Shown here: positions 17,501 through 23,709 of the stretch, piece after piece
How the letters are laid out: the number at the start of each line of letters is the position of its first letter
Numbering within the stretch: the first letter of the stretch is position 1
From: an uncultured bacterium
GTDB lineage: Bacteria > Macinerneyibacteriota > Macinerneyibacteria > Macinerneyibacteriales > DSCS01
Direction of reading: 5' to 3'
Length of the DNA stretch: 26,927 bases
NCBI GenBank assembly: GCA_964548195.1
Contig: CAZJQC010000005.1
Span: forward strand, 56,590 to 83,516
The notes under the pieces: generated by a model
The model's database searches: none
What the model was told of the DNA's origin: nothing
The model's input: the letters and a program-made list of their open reading frames with translations, nothing else
Position numbers and translations under genes: made by a program

Positions 17501-18025
17501 TTTATACCCGACAGCCGTGGCCCAGACATATTCGCGGTCTTCCATGTTCTTGAAATGTTCGGCCACGGATACGGAGACCCTCATGATGTTCTGATCGCTG
17601 TTGCTGTGCACCAGCTCATCCGTCACGCCGTCGCCGTCAATATCCGTGGTGTCCTCCTGCATGAAATCCAATGTGACCACGACCTTCAGCAGCGAGCCCT
17701 CATCAGTCCTCAGATAATAGGTGCCCGCTCCCCCCGATTCTATGTCATAAGGGGTGTCGTCCTTTATATAAGTCAGGTAATCGTTTGAAGTGGACTCCAT
17801 GTATTCCTTAAGGGACACGAGCGTCTTTGACGCATTGCCCGAATAATCCCAGTTCTTAAGCTCAGTCAGTATGCTTTGAGCCACGTTGAAACGGTCTATT
17901 GTCAATTTGACTTTTCTCTCGGTACGGCCAACCACCATCACATAACCCATGACCGCGATAAACACGGTGGTCATGATACTAAGCCCGAGTAAAAGTTCCA
18001 GGAAAGTAAAACCCTTTTTTCTCAT
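14525..18025 (-). CDS. Giant (1166 aa) type IV prepilin-like protein with a PilV/GspI-like N-terminus and a multidomain extension
   Basis: Class III signal MRKKG|FTFLELLLGLSIM (Glu5), AQSILTEL helix, DxDxDG motifs and Ig-like module starts DTVAP/DTKPP/DTKP; RBS GAGGGG. Confidence 0.82.
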   Translation of the reverse strand: MRKKGFTFLELLLGLSIMTTVFIAVMGYVMVVGRTERKVKLTIDRFNVAQSILTELKNWDYSGNASKTLVSLKEYMESTSNDYLTYIKDDTPYDIESGGAGTYYLRTDEGSLLKVVVTLDFMQEDTTDIDGDGVTDELVHSNSDQNIMRVSVSVAEHFKNMEDREYVWATAVGYKGVKSNKPVVDTYFNDVSDDDMVITSDGAMLLAMDYRKNADIINGLNNTDNLSYYDIDDVDNDEDGKTDYLDGDMLEADSDFKDNNGNGIYDEAFEQNDFATHYEGIIYSASPIKISSAILTKPDGTTQDITSNYTANAEKTVYTWVVSNAGGGTFNGGFDITDDTPNGKWNIEVTARTNPEQATGVYLDTRSYDFIVDTVAPAVTEISPAPGTFVTSSKVTLAVTAKDSPPAGLEVPTSGLDRIYIFEKNEYESGGEIKYSWELIKHQLIEKEATDVFSSMNVGVNIEGVPPGPHYYRVVIKDRSGNASSAETEVYVTEEPDTKPPRIYPLSPYIPGSTAYTNNAEVTVAARIIDSTIINGVETETGVDVDPVNGVPRVVYKVITDEPTQSVTWDDLPGGGFTDISAQVAYIKNNVNNVTLQFTLGTVLEDNDVVLVGIYAQDKVLNYSTNEWKFIYSPTAADTKPVISETSVIQLANHPNIQKPYHYNPDWMLTGDSQSNMNFFIGWQASDENGIASVKLHYTSVDDIATLHEKAATIVEVPIADTFGFELDDLDISSPGTFYFYIQVVDGSGESAYYYRASASADPDNHETLPTDISSQWIPVKAERIRTLVFDMDTYESSGSDNVQPYYTLPDGPLYWNDADCTVAELSQNVDVSTLAGYLDADSNGKFDDYDIIIFFTGNTAQPPGFSDGVIQLLHSFMTAPYPGFRSFEGSYLEGVVGDSDMFHYTGDKTVTLSQYDSDVPPRIAFIGKTFFHEFDSSSIYSTQLRNYFIRRWLGFGLGGRQTYSYFSSYPYVVSNLLNPVFWVTDYYDDYAINDVIYGDTVGEMKKDDEGLDLSRDSGANYLRHYLLAPLTDEYYDGYSDQADPEPDRWALASELITGDLKVEGKMLLANPAVHGYDYSGTDHYLPATKQSLVFGAYPQSVGYTAGVWVFRGIEDGSGGWDFSIDDGQRNLLDTKMVYLGFGIEAISTENWRYESMKGLLRFLYY

Positions 18026-18037
18026 GTCTGCCCCCTC

Positions 18038-20176
18038 TCAGTGCTCGGCCATTCCCGTAGGATAGCTCATGGTGACTCTCCAACTCCATATGGGCTGTAC
18101 CTCGACTTTCAAAGAGAAAGGAGGTTCATAGGTGTAGAGGTTGGGGTCATAGTTATAACTTCTGTATTTAAATCCGGTCCACCAGGTCTGCTGCCCCACG
18201 TTGCTCACAACGGCGAACACCTGTTCGTCGCAGGTGGCGCTGCCGTAAAGGAACCAGGTGCCTTTCTGCTCGGTGTAATACCCGCTGCCTCTGCCGTAAT
18301 ACTGTCCGGAAGAGCTGCCGTCCGGGATCTCGCCGTATACCCTGTGTTTTGCATACAGCACGCCCATGGTGAATATGTCGGGGAAGATGTCCCCGGTGTC
18401 CCCGCTGCCGCCGCTCAACACGCCGGTGCCCTCACCGTCTATCCTTCTGGATCCCTCTCCGGAATAGTCTCCACGATAAGGGTCGGAGTTGTCGGCTTTA
18501 AGCTTCCATGAATAAGCGCCCCATGACTGCACTTTGTAAGGCTGGTTGAACATGTCGCCCGGGATGATGATATCATGCTTTACGAACAATCCGAGTATGT
18601 TCGGCGCGTTAAGCTCCGGATCGGCCGCGCCTCCGCTGTAGGGCTGTTTTATCTTTCCCCCGTCCAGCAGGTCCTTGTATGTGTATTTGATGATCCCCGC
18701 ATATTCCTGATACAAAAGGTCGCCCGAGATAACGGCGTCATAGGCGCAGAAGACTGAAAGCTGCCCGTCAAGCACACCGGTTATGCCCCGTATACCCTTT
18801 GTCCTGTATATGCCGGAGGTGATACTCAGGCTTGCATAACTGGCCACGGTGGAATTATAATACCCCGAAGTGGCCGGATTGCCGTCGACATATATTACGG
18901 GCGACTGCAGGTCGGCTATGTTCACTGTGACCGTCGTCCCCGCTCCGCTGCCCTTTGACTCATTGGCCACGAATATCTCGCCGCTGGCCAGGACGATCTT
19001 TACCTTGCCGTCCCCGTTTACACTAAGCGTGCCCGGGTCCAGATACATGAAAGCGACATCCCCGTCTTCAACCAGGACTCCGTGGAGCATCGCCTCCTTG
19101 CGCACATTGGCGAAATGCTCGTCCGTCTTCGGTGATATCGGCGGGATGATCTCGGGGTGGCCGTTGTCGCCGACAAAAGAGGCCCATGCCTTTTTATTGG
19201 AATGGAAACCCCATGTCCTGATCTCCGAATGATCCCCCTGCAGCGTTATTGTATCATTCTTGTGGTTTTCAAGAAAAGTCTTCTGCGCCTCTATGCTGCT
19301 TGCGATACGCGAACCGTGAAGAAAAAACCCGGTCCCCTTGTTGCTCACGCTAAGCTGGTCGTATATCTTGGCGACGTCCATCTCATACATCTGCGCTGTG
19401 AAGACAAAATCAATATATTCATAGGCGTGCATCTTGCCGAAGACATTGTAGCCTTTGCCGATGTTTATGTGGCCCTTGAACACGCCCACGCTGAACTCAC
19501 TCACCGATATGGAGTCGGACCCCCTCGCGGTGGCCCTTATATAAGTGATCTTCGGAGGCCTGCTGTCCTCTATGACCACGCGGGAACCGTCCATGGAAAG
19601 CTTGACGCCCCGCAGGTCGGTGCCCTTGCAGAATATGTCGTATACATAATTAAACTGACTGATCGAATCATCCTGGCCGGAGATCCTCAGCCAACCTTCG
19701 ATGCGGCCGGAAGGCTTGAGCCCCGAAGAGGAGGCCACGGTGTAATAATCCTCCTTTATCTGCCCGTCGGGCCAGATAAGATGGTCGACCACCTTGATCC
19801 AATAGGTGTTGCCGATATCCTCCACAGGCACCGCGTCATAGTCATACCCGCCATCCGCGCCCGAATCATCGTTAACGGCGCTGGTGAGTATCACATCATC
19901 AGTGGAGTGCGCGGCCGGCTGATAATCATAATAACCGTCGCTGCCCGCGGAATGGGTGGCGTCATAAAGCCATCGCTGATAGCCCTTCTCTATGTGCCAC
20001 TTTATCTCGTCCAAAGCCATGTTCGCATAATGAAGCGAATACTCCTTCTGCTTGCTGGCCTTGGTGGTATTTATATACGATGAGATCAGGACAGCCATTG
20101 AAGCTATCATGACCGCGGATACGGCGACCATTCCCAAAGCAAGAAGGAACGCAACACCCTTTCTGTTCATTTTCAT
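18038..20176 (-). CDS. Long (712 aa) PilX/GspK-like minor pilin
   Basis: MKMNRKG|VAFLLALGMV prepilin leader lacking Glu5 (a PilX/K hallmark), YANMALDEI, and C-terminal GF..RSYNYDPNL...PPF; RBS AAAGGAGG 6 nt before ATG 20176. Confidence 0.8.
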   Translation of the reverse strand: MKMNRKGVAFLLALGMVAVSAVMIASMAVLISSYINTTKASKQKEYSLHYANMALDEIKWHIEKGYQRWLYDATHSAGSDGYYDYQPAAHSTDDVILTSAVNDDSGADGGYDYDAVPVEDIGNTYWIKVVDHLIWPDGQIKEDYYTVASSSGLKPSGRIEGWLRISGQDDSISQFNYVYDIFCKGTDLRGVKLSMDGSRVVIEDSRPPKITYIRATARGSDSISVSEFSVGVFKGHINIGKGYNVFGKMHAYEYIDFVFTAQMYEMDVAKIYDQLSVSNKGTGFFLHGSRIASSIEAQKTFLENHKNDTITLQGDHSEIRTWGFHSNKKAWASFVGDNGHPEIIPPISPKTDEHFANVRKEAMLHGVLVEDGDVAFMYLDPGTLSVNGDGKVKIVLASGEIFVANESKGSGAGTTVTVNIADLQSPVIYVDGNPATSGYYNSTVASYASLSITSGIYRTKGIRGITGVLDGQLSVFCAYDAVISGDLLYQEYAGIIKYTYKDLLDGGKIKQPYSGGAADPELNAPNILGLFVKHDIIIPGDMFNQPYKVQSWGAYSWKLKADNSDPYRGDYSGEGSRRIDGEGTGVLSGGSGDTGDIFPDIFTMGVLYAKHRVYGEIPDGSSSGQYYGRGSGYYTEQKGTWFLYGSATCDEQVFAVVSNVGQQTWWTGFKYRSYNYDPNLYTYEPPFSLKVEVQPIWSWRVTMSYPTGMAEH

Positions 20177-20206
20177 AACAGACCTCCTTTTACCTACACT
20201 TAATAT

Positions 20207-20223
20207 AGCACTATGCATGCCAG
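20207..20223 (-). promoter_or_regulatory. sigma54 (-24/-12) promoter of the pilin operon
   Basis: Minus strand CTGGCATGCATAGTGCT has exact GG-N10-GC spacing and matches the consensus YTGGCACG-N4-TTGCW except at two positions; it lies about 30 nt upstream of the ATG. Confidence 0.75.
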
Positions 20224-20251
20224 AGAAGAACCGCGTCTCCCGAAGACGCAA
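20222..20251 (-). terminator. Possible terminator hairpin insulating the pilin promoter from the dnaC-like transcript
   Basis: Minus strand TTGCGTCT-TCGGG-AGACGCGG followed by TTCTTCTCT (imperfect U tract). Confidence 0.4.
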
Positions 20252-20325
20252 GTTGCCCGAATAGAATGAGTTAAAATAAAGAAAAAAACAGACGCATGCA
20301 TCAATATGCACATTTTAAAGAAATA

Positions 20326-20344
20326 GTGCACATTTAATGTGCAC
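20326..20344. promoter_or_regulatory. Palindromic upstream activator site (NtrC-like TGCAC-N7-GTGCA)
   Basis: GTGCACATT-T-AATGTGCAC has perfect 9-bp arms. The half-site TGCACATTT recurs at 20307-20315, 20 bp away. Confidence 0.6.
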
Positions 20345-20348
20345 ACAA

Positions 20349-21416
20349 TCAGCTGTTCAGGCGTCTGTCGGCTCCGCCGATCTTGACTCCGCGGCACATC
20401 TCATGAAGCCTTGACAGTATACGCTCGTCGAGTTTGTTCACCAGTTCGGAGGGAGAAAGATCGGAGATAAACAATGTGGGCAGTTTATCCTGATAGCGGG
20501 TATTGACAAGGGTGAACACCTTTTCCCTTGCCCAGTCGTCCAGGGTCTCGATGCCCATATCGTCCACGACAAGGAACTCGCTTTCGGCGGTGTCCTTCAG
20601 AGCGTTCTCATCGCCCGAAGCCCTCAGGTCGGTGAGAAACTGCGGGAGGCTTATATATTTTTTCCTGAGCAGATTGAACCTCAAATACAGCGGCCTCATT
20701 ATGAGTTCCGTGAGCACGGCCATGCCCAGATGGGTCTTGCCGGTGCCCACAGGGCCTATCAGCAGAAGGCTTTCGCCCGAGTTCAGCACGGTCTCAAAAT
20801 TGGCCGCGTATTTTTTCATGGCTTTAAGCGCAGCCTTATTGCTGTCCTCGGTTATGAAATCCTCAAAACCCTTGTGCTCAAACCGCTTGTTGATATTTGC
20901 AGATTCCATGACAGACTCATAAAGATGGGGGCACAATGCCACAAACTCACTGCCGCCGTTGTACCGTTCGCTTACGATCACCCTGCCGCTGCGTTTGCAC
21001 AGATAACAGTTTTCCTCCCCGTTTATGACAAGCGGCTTCAATCTGAACTTTTCAGCGGCCACTTTGTTCACACCCTCATGAAACTTCTTCAGCCCCTCCG
21101 TGAAGGCGGCGGCCGAACGGGGCTTTTCATTCAATATATATTTAACCGGTTCCGAACTCAGAAAATACTGTCTGCCGAACAGGTCGTCCACCCTGTCCTT
21201 GTTCCCGCTCTCTTCCGTCATCCTTTTGTAGACAGCGCCCTTAAGCTGTTCCCTGTATTCGTTATAACGCTTGACGGGAGCCGCATTATCCGCGTGGGAG
21301 TGGCTCAACAACGGATTATACCCGAAATCCTCCGGGCGCAACCCTTTCATAAGATAGTTGTAATACTGGCGCAGGTTGGCAAAATCGGCGGCCTTTTTAT
21401 CTTTGTCTTTAAGCAT
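20349..21416 (-). CDS. DnaC/DnaI/IstB-family AAA+ ATPase with a putative Zn-binding motif (helicase-loader-like)
   Basis: CYLC...CPH, Walker A GPVGTGKTHL, Walker B FLVVDDMG, VN.RY..LPT and RILSRL; ATG 21416 follows a G7 RBS. Confidence 0.85.
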   Translation of the reverse strand: MLKDKDKKAADFANLRQYYNYLMKGLRPEDFGYNPLLSHSHADNAAPVKRYNEYREQLKGAVYKRMTEESGNKDRVDDLFGRQYFLSSEPVKYILNEKPRSAAAFTEGLKKFHEGVNKVAAEKFRLKPLVINGEENCYLCKRSGRVIVSERYNGGSEFVALCPHLYESVMESANINKRFEHKGFEDFITEDSNKAALKAMKKYAANFETVLNSGESLLLIGPVGTGKTHLGMAVLTELIMRPLYLRFNLLRKKYISLPQFLTDLRASGDENALKDTAESEFLVVDDMGIETLDDWAREKVFTLVNTRYQDKLPTLFISDLSPSELVNKLDERILSRLHEMCRGVKIGGADRRLNS

Positions 21417-21438
21417 ATATCCCCCCCATAATAGTTGA

Positions 21439-21467
21439 AGATTATCAAACAAGCGCCCAGCAGTCAA
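21439..21467 (-). promoter_or_regulatory. Candidate sigma70-type promoter for the DnaC-like gene
   Basis: Minus strand TTGACT-N17-TAATCT with an extended-10 TG. The -35 lies within the inverted repeat CAGCAGT-N9-ACTGCTG (21458-21480). Confidence 0.5.
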
Positions 21468-21480
21468 GTGAATACTGCTG

Positions 21481-22140
21481 TCATCCCTCCCAGCCTTCCT
21501 CCCCGATCAGGGGCACGAAAGCGCAGTAATCAAATAACTCTTTGACAAGCCCGTCGCCCCTGCGGGTAATGCGGGCAAGCTGCTGTCCGGCCCGGCCGCC
21601 CACCGGGATGACCAGTATACCCCCGTCCGCGAGCTGATCCGTCAACGCCCGGGGAACCGAGGGAGCGGCCGCCGAGACGATGATCCTGTCATAAGGCGCC
21701 TTCTCCGGATATCCGAGGCTGCCGTCTCCGATGATCAGATGGGGTTTATGTATGCCGATATTGTCAAGGGTGATGCGGGCTTTTGTCACAAACTCGCCTA
21801 TTCTGTCGACTGAATACACTATATGGGCGCATTTGCACAGCAAGGCGGTCTGATATCCCGAACCGGTGCCGATCTCAAGCACTTTTTGCCCCTTTTCAAG
21901 AGCCGCCAGCGAAAGCATCCTCGCGATGATATAGGGCTGTGAGATCGTCTGCCCTTTCCCGATGGGAAGCGGCGAATCGTTGTACGCCATGGGCTTCATG
22001 AATTCGGGGACAAAATACTCCCGCGGCACTTCCGCGAAAGCCTTCAGTATGTTTTCATCGCTTATGCCGCGGCCCGAAAGGTCACGCTCAAGCATGCGTC
22101 TTCTCTGTGGCTCATAAAGTCTTCGTTCACGTTCAGTCAT
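21481..22140 (-). CDS. pcm: Protein-L-isoaspartate O-methyltransferase
   Basis: VPREYFV, GQTISQPY, LEIGTGSGYQTA, APYDRIIVSAA and FVPLIG; ATG 22140 follows GGGAG. Confidence 0.96.
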   Translation of the reverse strand: MTERERRLYEPQRRRMLERDLSGRGISDENILKAFAEVPREYFVPEFMKPMAYNDSPLPIGKGQTISQPYIIARMLSLAALEKGQKVLEIGTGSGYQTALLCKCAHIVYSVDRIGEFVTKARITLDNIGIHKPHLIIGDGSLGYPEKAPYDRIIVSAAAPSVPRALTDQLADGGILVIPVGGRAGQQLARITRRGDGLVKELFDYCAFVPLIGEEGWEG

Positions 22141-22161
22141 CTTACGTCCGCTCTCCCGTAC

Positions 22162-22190
22162 ATGATACACCCATTGGCTGCGAGTGTCAA
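22162..22190 (-). promoter_or_regulatory. sigma70-type promoter for pcm
   Basis: Minus strand TTGACA-N17-TATCAT. Confidence 0.75.
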
Positions 22191-22250
22191 AAGATACCGC
22201 ATACACGCCGTTTTACGCGCGCATATCGCTTTTCCGCCGCCATATTTTAC

Positions 22251-22278
22251 TTGCGAAGACTCTTCGCTGTGATAACAT
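22251..22278 (+). promoter_or_regulatory. Candidate promoter for aspA-hydF with a spacer palindrome
   Basis: TTGCGA-N16-TAACAT with an extended-10 TG; perfect palindrome GCGAAGA-C-TCTTCGC at 22253-22267. Confidence 0.45.
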
Positions 22279-22302
22279 TGACCATGGCGATACGGAGGAG
22301 AT

Positions 22303-23709
22303 ATGGCGCATATTGAACGTGACTTTCTGGGCGAAAAGACCGTGAACAGCGATTATTACGGGATCAACACGGCCAGGGCTCTGGATAACTTCCCTTTTTC
22401 GGGATATGCTCAGGACAGGGACCTTATCATATCGATGGCCTATGTGAAGCATGCCGCCGCGCTGACAAATGTCAGGGCGGGATACATGGACGCCCGCTGC
22501 GGGGAAGCCGTGATAAGGGCCTGCGAGGAACTTGAAAAGGGCATGCTGCACGACGAGATAGTCGTGGACCCCTTTCAGGGTGGGGCCGGCACATCCCTTA
22601 ACATGAATTTTAACGAAGTAATAGCCAACAGGGCCAACGAGATACTCGGCAGCCCCGCGGGCTCATACAGCCCCGTAGACCCCCTCGACCATGTCAACAT
22701 GCATCAGTCCACCAACGACGTCTATCCCACCGCGGTCAGAGTCGCCGTATTGTTTAAACTGAGCCGGCTGGAGGACAATATATCATCTTTTCAGGGCTCC
22801 CTTCAAAAAAAGGAACAGGAATTTGCCGACATCGTAAAACTGGGCCGGACCGAGATGCGGGACGCCCTCCCCATGACGCTGGGCATGGAGTTCGGCGCCT
22901 GGGCGGAGGCCGTATCCAGGGACCGCTGGCGCATATTCAAATGCAGGGAACGCATCAAGACTGTCAATCTCGGCGGAACCGCAGTGGGCACCGGACTCGG
23001 AGCCCCGCGTGATTATATATTCAAAGTGACTGACACATTGCGCAGTCTTACGGGGCTGAAGATATCACGTGCCGAGAACCTGGTGGATGCGACTCAGAAC
23101 GCAGATCAGTTTTCCGAGATATCCGGCATGCTCAGGACATATGCCGTGGATCTCATGAAGATCGCGGGCGATCTAAGGATACTATCCATGGGTCCCGGCG
23201 GAGGGCCCGCGGAGATAGCTCTCCCGCCACTGCAGAAAGGCTCTTCCATCATGCCCGGAAAGATCAACCCCGTGCTGCCCGAAGCGGTCATACAGATCGC
23301 ACTGAGGGTCATATCCAACGACAGCGCCGCGGCGATCGCCGCAGGCAGCGGAAACCTGGAGCTCAACCATCTGATGCCCTTTATTTCCTTCTGCACGCTT
23401 GAATCGCTGAGTCTGCTTGAAAACGTCACGGCTGTTTTTGACAGGCTGTGCATACGCGGCATAAAAGCGGACGGCGGACGCTGTCTCGGCCTCGTGGAAA
23501 AAAGCCCCTCTTCCGCCGCGGTATTCATAGGCACGCTGGGGTATGCCGCCGTGGAAAAGATCGTTGCGGAAGCATTGTCGTCGGGAAAGACCGTAAAGGA
23601 TATAATGGTTGAGAAAAAAATACTGACGTCGGAGGAGATCGACACGTCTCTCTCTCCGTGGAACATGAGAAAACTCGGAACAGAACATAAAGAAGGTGAT
23701 GAAAAATGA
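22303..23709 (+). CDS. aspA: Aspartate ammonia-lyase (fumarase/aspartase superfamily)
   Basis: QGGAGTSLNMNFNEVIANRA, QSTNDVYPT, NLGGTAVGTG and the signature GSSIMPGKINP; RBS GGAGGAG. Confidence 0.9.
   Translation: MAHIERDFLGEKTVNSDYYGINTARALDNFPFSGYAQDRDLIISMAYVKHAAALTNVRAGYMDARCGEAVIRACEELEKGMLHDEIVVDPFQGGAGTSLNMNFNEVIANRANEILGSPAGSYSPVDPLDHVNMHQSTNDVYPTAVRVAVLFKLSRLEDNISSFQGSLQKKEQEFADIVKLGRTEMRDALPMTLGMEFGAWAEAVSRDRWRIFKCRERIKTVNLGGTAVGTGLGAPRDYIFKVTDTLRSLTGLKISRAENLVDATQNADQFSEISGMLRTYAVDLMKIAGDLRILSMGPGGGPAEIALPPLQKGSSIMPGKINPVLPEAVIQIALRVISNDSAAAIAAGSGNLELNHLMPFISFCTLESLSLLENVTAVFDRLCIRGIKADGGRCLGLVEKSPSSAAVFIGTLGYAAVEKIVAEALSSGKTVKDIMVEKKILTSEEIDTSLSPWNMRKLGTEHKEGDEK

Noticed and set aside
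20225..20262. GGGCAAC...GACGC hairpin upstream of the pilin genes considered as a c-di-GMP-I riboswitch
   Set aside because: It lacks the GGCAAA/GNRA/GCAAA and second-stem consensus, and lies upstream of the predicted sigma54 start, so it would not be in the mRNA. An Infernal/Rfam scan would settle it.
20349..21416. IS21 (istB) or prophage remnant
   Set aside because: There is no istA transposase, terminal inverted repeats or phage genes, and the gene is intact with its own expression signals.
21481..22140. Functional link between pcm and the Asp-Gly/Asn-Gly-rich pilins
   Set aside because: This Pcm has no signal peptide, the pilin domains are extracytoplasmic, and the genes have separate promoters. 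Proximity is the only evidence.
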